Source: Eremomyces bilateralis CBS 781.70
Lineage: Eukaryota
Strand: one strand, 5' to 3'
Length of the DNA stretch: 64,000 bases
Assembly (NCBI GenBank): GCA_010015585.1
Contig: ML975184.1
The translations under genes were made by a program, and so were the position numbers. Below are positions 39,005 through 52,133 of this stretch, one piece after another. The notes beneath the pieces were generated by a model. That model ran no database searches. It saw nothing but the letters and a program-made list of their open reading frames with translations, and was not told where the DNA came from. Within the stretch, counting starts at the first letter, position 1; each line of letters starts with the position of its first letter.

Positions 39005-39955
39005 GGAGGGTCCTACACGGAGATCGGAGAGTGGTACGTAGTTACGTGCAATTACGAATTAGTGACTTGCAAATTAAAACGAATCCCAGGACAGACTCGA
39101 ATCCTCCGGAGGAAATGAGTGAATAACTATGTTTCTGGCACCATTTCGTGATTCGTCGACTCCATGAGGCGGGTGGTTCTTCAAGGTGGCGAGGTTCTCC
39201 ACAATCACAAAAATGAACGTGCTGGGTCAGGTATTCCGTACATCATATGAATTAGAATTCCGACTGTTTTAACATCTATCATTTATGGGCTGTGGGCGTA
39301 TGTAGAATGCTGGATGACAGCAAGCGCATTGATCATCGCCAGGGAGTCGGTGGTGATCTGGATCCCATTGGCCATTTCATCTCTTCCCAGTTCCTCCCGC
39401 CGAATCCTAACAATCGCTATCTGCAATTCCGGAGAAATATACGTACTAATACGCCGAAATCCAAAGGGCCGAATGACAGGCCAAGTGACAGGCACACCCG
39501 GTAGGAATTACGACGTAGTAGGATGCAGGATGGATGCAGGATTGATGCAGGATTCATTCCAGAATCTTAGCGCCCGCGTTGTGGTCCAACATCAACGTCG
39601 AAACCGGTTTCTGGCCGTCGTCCGATCACAGCATACAGACGGCATGTGACATGGGACACGGCGATTGAATGGCCTCGACCAACCAAAGCGGACACGAGGG
39701 CATTTGGTGATAGGAATTCTAGAGCCAATGTGACCAATAATGTAACCCATTGTTCATATCTTTTAATAATAATAATTGCGACCTTGCCATACCACGAGTC
39801 CATGTCATTCCATTCCACGTCCACCAAAGGGGGAGAGGGAGAGTGGCGACGGATCGCGAATTCAGGGATGGCAATTGGCAAATGGCAACCGATCCACCGG
39901 ATACACTACTCCCAAATCGCCTCCATTGCCATTTGCTTTTTGCAATGAGATAAAC

Positions 39956-40025
39956 TTGAATACCTGAATACCTAAACACCTAAATACCTGAATACCTGAA
40001 TACCTGAGTACCGGAAGTACCTGGA
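39956..40025. repeat. Degenerate 8-bp minisatellite (TACCTGAA), about 8 units
   Basis: tacctgaa tacctaaa cacctaaa tacctgaa tacctgaa tacctgag taccggaag tacctgga. Confidence 0.8.
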
Positions 40026-40361
40026 TCCCACGAAGTGCAAGGCTGGTCATCGCGACATTGTCCATCGTTAGAATTATTGTATCGAGTGCTGTCATACCCG
40101 AGCACATCCATCCTCCCTCCCTGTTCCCACTTTCCTGCGTTGGATTTTATCCAGGACCCGCTGTCGCGTTTGAAGGAACTCCCTAGAAGGAATTCCTCGA
40201 CGAGGGCAACTCTCCAACGCCTCGACACCAGAGACGAAGAAACCTCCATCATATCAACGCCTCATACTCTGCCCATGTACTGCTAACGGGATCTTCCCCG
40301 ACGAGCAACCGTTGGCTCCCCTCCGAGATCGTCACATCCTAATCGCACCACGACTCCCACC

Positions 40362-42182
40362 ATGAATCTCCGATCCCCTCGCTCCTCTGCCCTCTACTCC
40401 CCGACCCTAAGGCGAACCCAATCCTTCTTCGCCGTCTGCACACAGCACCCCCGCCGCCTCCTCGTCGTCCTCGTCCTCTTCTCCCTCTTCATCTTCTTCA
40501 CCTTGTTCCACCTCCCGACCTCCTCGCCCATCGACTCCTCCACCCCCTATGTCTCCGTACCCGTGCCCTTGCGCGACCATCCGAAGACCATCAGCGGTGG
40601 CGATGGATGGCGGTTTGTCGCCGATTTGGACGAGAGGAATTACGGGTTGACCGAGGAGCAGTGCGATGCCGCCTTCCCGGGATATTGGGCGGAGATCGAT
40701 CGCGCCGTGGAGTTTCGACGGAAGCATGTCGGGAAGGTGAAGGAGGAGGATGTGGATATCGGTTGGAGAGATGATGGGGTGGTGCGGGCTATGATATATA
40801 ATCGTCAGGTACGTGGGACCCTCAGGGCTGAACACCGAAGTTTGGTCCGCTCATCCATATCGTGCGATGGGGTCTGGAGCTTGACCCTTGTTCGGAGAAT
40901 TTATTCCTGCCGCGGGGAAGAGATTCACTTCCAACATCGCGACGAGATATTATTTTTGATATTGAACCCTCTGCTAACGCCTTTCCAGCTCTATATCGTC
41001 GAAGCCAAAGGCGTCAACGACCTCGACTACCACTTCCGCTCCCTCGGCATCCTCCATCAAATCCACCGCGCCATCTCCTCCTGCACCGACCCCATTCCGG
41101 ACATCGAGTTCTCCTTCTCCGTCGACGACATGGCCGACCCGGACGGCGACACCGCCACCATCTGGGCCTTCTCGCGCCTCCCCCACAAGAAGAAGCAATG
41201 GGTCATGCCCGACTACAACTACTGGAGCTGGCCGATGGACGTCGTGGGCGACTACTCCGAGGTGCGCACCAAGATCCGCGACCTGGAATACCAGCTCGGG
41301 AAAGGCGCACCGAACCCGAATCCCAAAGACCTGCACACCATCGGAACCAACGCACAGCCCGGACCCCTCCACACCCGCGACGACAATAATTCCTCCCCCG
41401 TCGTCCCCGCCGCCCCCTCCCCGCTCTCCCCCCGCGACTTCTTCTCTCCGACCTCCGGTGACCGCTCTTTCGACGCCAAACTCCCCCTCCTCATCTGGCG
41501 CGGCGCCAACCTCAACGACGTGCGCGACTCCCTCCTCCGCGTAACCGCCCCCAACCCACCGTGGGCCGACGTGCTCGAGCTCAACTGGCTCAACGCCTCC
41601 GAACTGCAGTCCCGCATCATCTCCATGCCCACCCACTGTCGCTACCGCTTCGTCGTCCACACCGAGGGCCGCAGCTACAGCGGCCGCCTTAAATACCTGC
41701 AGAACTGCCACTCCGTCCCCTTCCTGCACCGCTGGGAGTGGACCGAGGCGCACCACCACCTCCTCATCCCGGAAGGGCCCGACCAGAACTTCGTGCTGGT
41801 GGAGCGCGATTTCTCCGACCTCGAGCCGAAGATCCAAGCGCTGCTGGACCGTCCGAAAGAGGCGCGCCGCATCGCCGACAACTCAGTAAGGGATTTCCGT
41901 GATAAATACCTTACTCCTGCCGCGCAGGCGTGCTACTGGCGCAAGCTGTTCAAGGGCTGGGCGAGCGTGCAGGATTTCACCCCGAGCTTATATAAGGACG
42001 GGAAGCGCGGCGAGGAGTGGCAGGCACTGTCATTCGAGAGCTACGTGTTGCGGAGCGATCTGAACATGGAGCGCGTGGGGTGGAGTGAGGAGGAGATCGC
42101 GCGGGAGAAGGCGCGGTGGGATTTGATCCGGGAGGAGAGGCAGCGATTGAAGGATCAGGAAAGGGAAAAGCACGGGGGGTGA
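40362..42182 (+). CDS. Glycosyltransferase family 90 (CAP10/DUF821-like), type II membrane protein, with predicted intron 40809-40988
   Basis: N-terminal TM anchor, LTEEQCDAAFPG, IPDIEFSFSVDD, WVMPDYNYWSWP, WRGA, HCRYRFVVHTEGRSYSGRLKYLQNC, RIADNS..FRDKYLTPAAQACYWR. Confidence 0.9.
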   Translation: MNLRSPRSSALYSPTLRRTQSFFAVCTQHPRRLLVVLVLFSLFIFFTLFHLPTSSPIDSSTPYVSVPVPLRDHPKTISGGDGWRFVADLDERNYGLTEEQCDAAFPGYWAEIDRAVEFRRKHVGKVKEEDVDIGWRDDGVVRAMIYNRQVRGTLRAEHRSLVRSSISCDGVWSLTLVRRIYSCRGEEIHFQHRDEILFLILNPLLTPFQLYIVEAKGVNDLDYHFRSLGILHQIHRAISSCTDPIPDIEFSFSVDDMADPDGDTATIWAFSRLPHKKKQWVMPDYNYWSWPMDVVGDYSEVRTKIRDLEYQLGKGAPNPNPKDLHTIGTNAQPGPLHTRDDNNSSPVVPAAPSPLSPRDFFSPTSGDRSFDAKLPLLIWRGANLNDVRDSLLRVTAPNPPWADVLELNWLNASELQSRIISMPTHCRYRFVVHTEGRSYSGRLKYLQNCHSVPFLHRWEWTEAHHHLLIPEGPDQNFVLVERDFSDLEPKIQALLDRPKEARRIADNSVRDFRDKYLTPAAQACYWRKLFKGWASVQDFTPSLYKDGKRGEEWQALSFESYVLRSDLNMERVGWSEEEIAREKARWDLIREERQRLKDQEREKHGG

Positions 42183-43084
42183 GAAGAGGTGTATGGATGG
42201 TCATGATGTTGCATGTGTTCAATTTCCGGTGGCGGATCACATCGCGGGAGTCTTGCTTGGTGTTCTTGGAGTCTAGTTGGGCTTTGGGGGACTTTGGAGT
42301 TTCCTCGAGGCCGACAAGCCTTTCATTCCATGGGCGTTTCCTTGGTGTCCTTCCGGCGACGTTTTCGATCCACCTACCCGCTGAAGCGACAACGCGAGCA
42401 ACCTCTACGTTTCACGGCCTATTTCATTTGGTCCCGTCTAGCATTGCGTTCCTCTTGGGTCTCTCTCCGGCATGCGCGCGCGTTCTGATAGCGGATTGGG
42501 TCCGCGGTTCTGTAAATATATTTCCGTTCATGACCGCGCCTGCGAGCAGGTTGAATGTGTAATGAGTCGATATCGATTAGGTGCGTAGCTAGAAATGGTG
42601 GACAATAGACACGATCAACCGAAGCCCCTATTGGTATCCCGGGACTACTTCAGTTCCATCTTCATTGATTTCCAGTTCGATGTCACTTGAAGCACTTCGC
42701 CACCGAAAGAGTGCGGATCACGGCCCACTCTCTCATACGCTGGTCCCCTGGGAATGTGATTGATCCTTTATCTCGATATTCATCATCCCACCTGGACGAT
42801 TCTACATACCACCATTCTTGCGAGCAAACGGCTACCCCTATGCATCATTTCCCCTGACAATCACTCTCGTTTGCTTCTCTTCCTCTAAGCGAATATGATG
42901 ATCCCATGACGATTGCGTTTCTGAAGCCTAATCTTTTCATAAAGGGCGCTCCTTCTCAGCTTTCAATTCTTCCTTTTTGTCAGCCAGCGCTCCTACCGGC
43001 CACTTGGAAAATAGCGATATGTAGATCTGCAGATAGTTTTAAACTAATGAGACCATCAGCGAAACGCCTGTTATTCTTGTCAGA

Positions 43085-44690
43085 ATGCCTGAATATAGTA
43101 GAGGCTCTCAAAAATACTCTGAATTATTTTTCCGATAGAAAATTTCGTTCTCTACGCGCCGCGTCAGAGGTATATCAAATTCCCATAAGCACCATTCAGG
43201 ATCAACTCGAAGGCTGTCCAACCCGCGAAGAGAGCTCCCAGAATGCACAGAAATTATCTCCTATTCAAGAGACATATTATGTGGACTGGATCGTCGAAAA
43301 AGACCGCGCGAGTCGAGCCCCTTCTCACGCCAGGGGGGGCAAATGGCGGAATGCATCGCCCGCGAAAATGGAGACAATTCCCCTTGCAGAAACCATTGGA
43401 TCGAAAAATTCCTTCGCCGTAATCCCCAAGTAAACAGCAGGGCAGGGACGGCTCTGGAGGCTCCGCGTGCAAATGGAGCAACAACAGAAGTTATTTCAAG
43501 TTTTCTCGACCCATATCGACGCATCTGCGAAGACTACAAGATTAAGCCCTCCAGCCGGTGAAATTCCGATGAACATAGTATAATTCTGGGTATAGGAACA
43601 AATGGGAGGATAATAGGGGCCTCTACAGGCCCAAAGAAGAAGCGTACATATGTCAAAACCCCTAGAGACCGCGAATGGGTTTCTATTGTTGAAGCAAGCT
43701 CGGGAAGGTCAACGTATCTCTCGCCTCATTATCTTCAAAGGCGCAAACCTTCAAACTACGTAGTTTCCCCCTTCAATCAAGAGCTTGTAGAATTGTCACT
43801 TCACGGTATCGGAGAATGCCTGGACTTCGAAAGAAATTGGACAGCGTTGGCTTCAACAAAAATTCTTGCCAGAAATCAGTCCTGACAGTCCCGGCCACGA
43901 TGAATGGAGATTACTACTGTGCGATGGCCACGGGTCTCAAGTCGCAGTTGAATCATGAAGCTCGGTAAAAATAACAGTTTTCCCCCTTTTCCTCCCCCCA
44001 ATTGCTCCCATGTTCTTCAGCCCCTTGCTGTCGCGTGTTTCTTCCCTATCAAAACCAAGTATAATCAGATACTGAGCCTCCTAAGCTCCCTTGATGATGG
44101 TACCCCTACTAAAAAGTATAATTTCATTGATATCTATAGCAGAACTGGAGCGGACGGCTTGATTTTACAGAATATTCGTGCAGGATATCGTGGAACGTGA
44201 CTGTATCCCCTAAATATATATAAAGCATTACAGAGCACCAAATTGAACAAGAACCACTCTATTTCTACACCCAATACACGCTGTACTACACCGGAACCAA
44301 CTGATATACCAATTTTCCATACTCCCAAGGGCCCAAAAGAAGTTTTCGACCAAAAATTCGAAGAATTGACGGAAAGGGGGTTTAGGGGTGGAAAAGAACG
44401 CTGAAATCGCTGCGCTCAAGGCGGAAAATCGACGCTTGAAAATACCCATGGACTAGAAGATATGGGTGGTGCACAGGATAAAAAATGCAAGAGAATACTT
44501 GTGGACCAGAACCAACGATTTGCAGATATCGATCAAATTTTTGAGGCTATAGAAAAGGCGACAAAGGAGACCACAAAGCAGGCTGAACGGGCAAACGGCC
44601 GAAAAAGGCGCATCCAAAACCCATCCACAATGCTCAAGAGGCGGAAAAATTCCTGCGGCTACTTTTAAGTCCCTACTTTACGAGTTTCAA
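43085..44690 (+). mobile_element. Degenerate Fot1/pogo-family (Tc1-mariner superfamily) transposase
   Basis: HTH-psq-like SLRAASEVYQIPISTI, CENP-B-like KLSPIQE..WI..HWIEKFLRRNP, and DDE_1 blocks *NSDEH, REWVSIVE, LIIFKG, SENAWTS, RLLLCDGHGSQ, PPNCSHVLQPLAV. Many stops and frameshifts. No TIRs recognised. Confidence 0.88.
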
Positions 44691-44897
44691 CTTTAACCTG
44701 GGGAAAAGTATATGTAGAGCATTGCAATGACAAATCTCTCTACTTCTACGTTGCCGAATTGGATTGAGGTATGGCCGGCAAGGGGGCTGGCCGGCAACTT
44801 CATTTTCATAGACATTCCAATATTGTTCTGAATGTGTATAAGATGCAATGCTAGGTACGCGCTAATTCTACGAATGCTATGATCGACCAGATTCCTC

Positions 44898-46460
44898 TTA
44901 CACCGCCAATCCGCTACTCCAAATGCTCTTCCCAGAATGCCAATACACCCCCAACCCGTCGTAAAGCCACCACGGATCTCCCTTGACTCCAAATCCGAGA
45001 AGTCTCAACGGTGTTACTGGCAGTGGTTCTAAAATCACATATGCACACCTCGCATAATCTTGGCCTATAGTCGGCCCTCCCACAACCGTCAACCAAATGG
45101 CGAACCAAGCCGCGTTGGCCACATGTCGCAGGCGTGGGGAAATATACTTCCTCAACCCCGTCTTCCAGGTCGCCCACCACACGCATTGCTCTAGAATGAT
45201 CCCGACGGGCTGCATTACGAAGAACGCCATCACACCGCCGCGCCGCAGATCCGAATCCCCTATTGCGGAGTGCCCGGACACGGAATGCAAGGCCCCGTTC
45301 ATCCCAAACACGATGAACGCCAGCAGGAGCTTCCCAATTGTCGACCGCTCCACGATCCCGAGGCATTCCAGGATCTTTCGTCCGCACAGGGTGGGCGTGG
45401 CGCGGAGGTATTGATGCCAATGCATGCCCCAAAAGCCCACGAGTCCCATCTCGAGCGCATGGCGAAAGGGGAGGTTGGTCGACGGGTGCAGCCAGTATTC
45501 CCCGTTGACGTTCAGGACGGAGTGGAAGGCGGGGATGAAGGAAAGACCGAGGAAGATGCACGTGGACAAGTTGTAGAGCAGGCGGACGGACCTATAGATG
45601 TAGTGCAAAGCGAGGGCGACGCGGATGAAGGTGTTGAGGCGGCTGAAGGAGAGGAGGAAGGCGGGGAAAATGCGCTGGACGTAGGCGGGAAGAGGGGCGG
45701 AGGGGTAGCCCCAGAAATAGGGGTCGTGGATCATGAGGGTCCGGAGGAGGTCCACCCAGAGGAAGGAGACGAGGAAATCGACCGCGTTGTGGCGGAAGGA
45801 TTTGGAATGGCCTTCGGCGAGGTATAGGTCGATTTCGGAGGAGGAGGGCACATGGGGAGGAATTTCGGTGCCGGTGGCGTCGGCGTCGAGTTGGTCTTGA
45901 ACGAATGGAGGTCGAGGGAGGATTCCGTAGGGCTTCCAGTTCCAGGCAACGCCACGGAGGTTGCAGATTAAATCCATGACCCAACCCAGGCGGTTCGAGA
46001 AGTTCCCTTGCGGATAGCCCTCCCATTTGTAGACGAACTCGCGCCGCCGCTCATCCGTGCTCCGCTCTGCGCACTGGCTTCTAACATCGACTCGCCGCAC
46101 CCTCTTGAAATCTCTCTGCACGTCGCTGCACAGCAACAGCGCTCCGCTCCAGGCCACGAAGAAAGCTTCAAACAGCCCATGAAAGACGAATATCTGATCG
46201 CTTCTTGTTCGAAGAATCAGGAAGAGGCAGTGGGCGGAGAGGGCGACCCAGAGCGACAGACGAGCGGGGAGCGAGCGTAACGCGGGGAACCGGTCGTGTG
46301 GGACGAGGTAGTAGAGGATGAGAACGATCCATTGCAGAGCGCCCAACGGAATCACGAAGCGGAGGTATTTTCCGGAGGCGAAGTCGGCTTCATAGTGGGT
46401 ACGGTAGTAGGCACGGAGGTCGTAGTAAGTCGAAGGGATCTCTGGCGGAGGGGGAGTCAT
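44898..46460 (-). CDS. Membrane-bound O-acyltransferase (wax synthase / TRI7-like MBOAT_2)
   Basis: Multi-TM ORF with WEGYP..RLGWVMDLICNLRGVAWNW, GLVGFWGMHWHQYLR, FGMNGALH (catalytic His region), FFVMQPVGI. Start chosen at ATG 46460. Confidence 0.82.
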   Translation of the reverse strand: MTPPPPEIPSTYYDLRAYYRTHYEADFASGKYLRFVIPLGALQWIVLILYYLVPHDRFPALRSLPARLSLWVALSAHCLFLILRTRSDQIFVFHGLFEAFFVAWSGALLLCSDVQRDFKRVRRVDVRSQCAERSTDERRREFVYKWEGYPQGNFSNRLGWVMDLICNLRGVAWNWKPYGILPRPPFVQDQLDADATGTEIPPHVPSSSEIDLYLAEGHSKSFRHNAVDFLVSFLWVDLLRTLMIHDPYFWGYPSAPLPAYVQRIFPAFLLSFSRLNTFIRVALALHYIYRSVRLLYNLSTCIFLGLSFIPAFHSVLNVNGEYWLHPSTNLPFRHALEMGLVGFWGMHWHQYLRATPTLCGRKILECLGIVERSTIGKLLLAFIVFGMNGALHSVSGHSAIGDSDLRRGGVMAFFVMQPVGIILEQCVWWATWKTGLRKYISPRLRHVANAAWFAIWLTVVGGPTIGQDYARCAYVILEPLPVTPLRLLGFGVKGDPWWLYDGLGVYWHSGKSIWSSGLAV

Positions 46461-46764
46461 AGTCCTCCCATGTATGTCGAGTGCGTCTAGAAATAGTGAG
46501 GAAATGGTTATCAGGGATATTTGAAGGGATGGAGATGGCATTGAGAATCGCCATGTTGACGAGAAGAGATGGATATCAATCTCCGGTCCATTGTGCCTAC
46601 TATTCTCGGAAAAGCCGCGGATTCCCGTTCTAGCTGTAGAATATAACCTGAAGGCACATCTGATAATGATGTCCTGTTGGCTGTCTCCGTCGTCGAAGTT
46701 CGGTTCACGTGATGTATTCCTCAGCACCACCCTACTCAGCAGGGCACAAGATATGGGTTGTTTT

Positions 46765-46908
46765 ACCGTTAAGTAGCCAGGTACTTGCTTCAACGGTAAG
46801 ATTTTTCTTGAACAGTCTTCTAACGGTTGTTGAACGGTTGTTGAACGGTTGGTTAACTGTTCATGGACGGTCTTGCTGTTTTCGACCGTTGTTGAAGGAA
46901 GGAACGGC
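46765..46908. repeat. AACGG(TTGTTG) repeat cluster in a divergent promoter
   Basis: About seven AACGG/CCGTT copies, including tandem TAACGGTTGTTGAACGGTTGTTGAACGGTTGG. Confidence 0.55.
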
Positions 46909-47361
46909 TGTATAATGAGTGCAAGAAACGGGGCCTGCGTCCTGCTGATTATCTCAGTTGGGACTCAGACGGGATCTGCAAGATGGTTGTGGCGGTGCAG
47001 GCATATTTCGGATGCCTGCACCGCCACACTATAGTCACGTGCAGCATCTGAAGATACCGTCTGAGCTTGCTGAGATAACCTGCTGACTACATGTTCGGTG
47101 ATGTTCCGTAGCTGCGCACAAATATTGGCCTCGTTGCCTCAGGCTTTCTCCCCTTCCTGCCGCCTACGGAATTGCACCACCGCAATCCCATCATCCGCAC
47201 CAGAAGACCTCATTACCTTCGGACTGCATCGTCGCAACAACCACTCCATCAACCCTCAATCTTGCCAACCCGCCCTTCAACCAGCTCCATTGCCCTCCCA
47301 AGACCTCGACCGAGCCAATCCTACCCACCACCCACCGCCGCAAGGCCACAACACCAGCAAC

Positions 47362-47807
47362 ATGAAGCCCGTCGTATCCGCCATGAATGCATGGACATGG
47401 TTCGTCATCCCCATTCCAACTCCAACTCCATATCGATATGGCGATACCTCCCAGTCGCTAACGTCTTACGTGTAGCATCGTTGTTTCCGTCTTCGCCATC
47501 GTCATCCTCTCCGTCATCGGTGCCTTGTTCAGCGTATGTCCTCCCTCACCCCCCCGTTCCCGACCATCCACTCCTCCCGCCCGATCCGCCTCCTTCCTCC
47601 CCCTTCATACCCACCACCAACTAACCCCCCTCCTAGTCCAACTCCCGCTCCATGATGGGCTCCGAAGAAGACCCCCCCAATCACGCCGCCGTCGCCACCA
47701 CCGTCTTCGGCGCCGTCGCCGTCTACGGCCTGTTCCTCGTCTTCTGCGCTTCGCAGGCCCTGCTGCATTACCGCGAGAGCCGACGGGGGGCCATTTCGTT
47801 GCAGTGA
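47362..47807 (+). CDS. V-type ATPase V0 subunit f (yeast YPR170W-B / RNASEK-like), 3 exons
   Basis: Spliced MKPVVSAMNAWTC|IVVSVFAIVILSVIGALFS|SNSRSMMGSEEDPPNHAAVATTVFGAVAVYGLFLVFCASQALLHYRESRRGAISLQ*. Two TM helices, both introns with CTAAC branch points. Confidence 0.85.
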
Positions 47808-48940
47808 GATGGCGGGATGAGCGGTTATTGGAGGATGAGCGTATTATAGCACAGTATGCCTATTTTCGAAGGAGGTTGGGCTCGTTAGATGGTATTGCGT
47901 CGCGAAAGGCGGATGGGATATCAAATCGGTTTGGGATTAGATGGCGTTTGTGGGGTTATGGACCGGTGGGCATATTATCTGGGGTACGGAATGAGTGATT
48001 CATGGTTCTAGACGCTGTATATACCAGATATTGAAACTCCAGGGTTGGCATTGGCGCTCCGCGTACATCACGAATGTAATCTGCAACATCTGGAGTAGAC
48101 CAAATTGATACTGCAACCTACCTTGAAGTCGTCAAAAACTCCTGATCATGACCTTTGTGGATAGATGGGAGATAGATGGGAATACCCACGTGTGCTCCTT
48201 GTGCTTAGGTATATGGATGATTAGTTGCGAACGACCATCAACTTCCATCCAATGGAGCCAGTTTTAGAGCGTCACAAATCACAATAGCTCATTCAACAAT
48301 AGCATCTGCTGATTCAGAGAGGAGATTTGTCGCCTTATATTCATCATCCAAACATCTATTGTACATGCAGTCGAGACACATCCACCTCCACACGCAAAGC
48401 CTCTCCGTTTCTCCTCTCCACTCTTCATCCATCCTTTCATCCCGTCACCATTGTGCCTTCCGTTTCGACGACCCACAAAACCCGTGGGTGACAAATGCTT
48501 TTTCCCGGCCACCGTTTTCCATGTTCCTTTGGTGCTGGGGATGGGACGCTGAGTCAGACCCACCAGCGAAACAAAACGCCTGCCGGATAGTCCGAAGCCA
48601 AGGAAAGGAAGGGGAATGTTGCTGGTGTTGCTGCGATGAGGAGTATGGGGTTCGGTTCAGATGGGTCTCGAAAGTGAGAACCCAAGAGGTGATATAAGAC
48701 GAAAGAAATCTAGTAAGAACAAGAGTGAAGAAAACCTGGACGCAGCACATCCAGGAGGGTCGGTAAAAGACAATTACAGAAGGTGAGGCATTAAGAAATA
48801 CCATGAGGGGAAGTGAATAGAACAGGGAAGAAAGATAGTGAGGGGTATCCCCAAAGCAGCAAAAAGCAATTCAGAGGCCGAAAACTTTGTCACCACATCA
48901 TCCAGGAAGGGTGTTCCTCTCCACTTTATTTAAACGCCTC

Positions 48941-51086
<2,146 letters not shown>

Positions 51087-51414
51087 GGTGACGGTGAGGG
51101 AGGAGCGAAAGAGGTTGAAAGGGAAGGCAGACAAAGCAGAGACAATGGCAATGAAGGAAAAGGAATTGGAGGATGAAGAAAATAGGGATGGAGATGGAGA
51201 TGGAGAGAGAGATGAATAGATGGAGAGAGAGATGGAGCTTTGGAGAGCAAAAGAATTGACAATTGATGGAATCGGAACGACTGGGCCGACAGAAATTTCG
51301 AGCGGCGCCAAGACGTGAAGTGCCAAGACCGATAGAACCGGCCAGACGGGGCCAGTGCACGTGACAGAACTGACTCAGTGACTCTCAGACTCTGGGCTCA
51401 TGTGGCTGGTCTCA

Positions 51415-51458
51415 TCTTGACGCCTTGACGCCTTGACGCCTTGACGTCTTATGCCTTA
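51415..51458. repeat. Tandem CCTTGACG repeats (TGACG cores) in the SSC1/DUF2415 divergent promoter
   Basis: tcttgacg ccttgacg ccttgacg ccttgacg tcttatg ccttat. Confidence 0.6.
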
Positions 51459-52133
51459 TTGATCATGTGACTTCCACCCATCTCATGATCTCATTGGAGG
51501 ACCTTGAAATCCTGCCTTGTTGCCTTAATTGCCTTATCAGTATCACTCGTCCAGTTCAGGTCCTCTTCCTTCAGTTGATCATCAATTCATCATAATATCA
51601 TTCCGTTCATATCATACAAACTCCTCCATTCTCCTGTAGCAGTCTTCCCTTCTCTGGTACATGTTATCCCTTCTCAGTCTCTTTCATGCTTCGTTCCTGA
51701 ACATATATTAACTGAAATCTCCGCAAATATCTTTACTCAGCCTTACACAGGTGCCTGGTGTGACCCCAGCATTCACCATTCCACCACCCACTTGCACCAC
51801 TCCACCATATGTCAACTTGCCTCTCCACTTCCCCTCCTCAATATCAATCAATATTCCTCGCAATATTCCTCACCACGCACTAATCCCTATAGCCTCCTAC
51901 TTACATTAAACATTGACTCCTCTGTACATCCTTCCTATTATTTCTTTATCCGCTATTCTATCTTCCACTTACGAACCACATCCTGCCGTGCCAGCCGACC
52001 CTACATCTCCGCCTTGCTGTGACGTCGTAGCCGCTGTGCATAACTGCTCCGTGTTACAGAATCCCACTGTTCTCCATTCCCTTGTATCACCCACACGTAA
52101 CATGAGTCTTGCTCGACCATTTGCATAGAGATC

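Noticed and set aside
39956..40025. Direct repeat array as CRISPR-like
   Set aside because: 8-bp tandem units without spacers in a eukaryotic genome; simple minisatellite.
51291..51300. GAAatTTC heat-shock element upstream of SSC1
   Set aside because: Only two nGAAn units, which is expected by chance.
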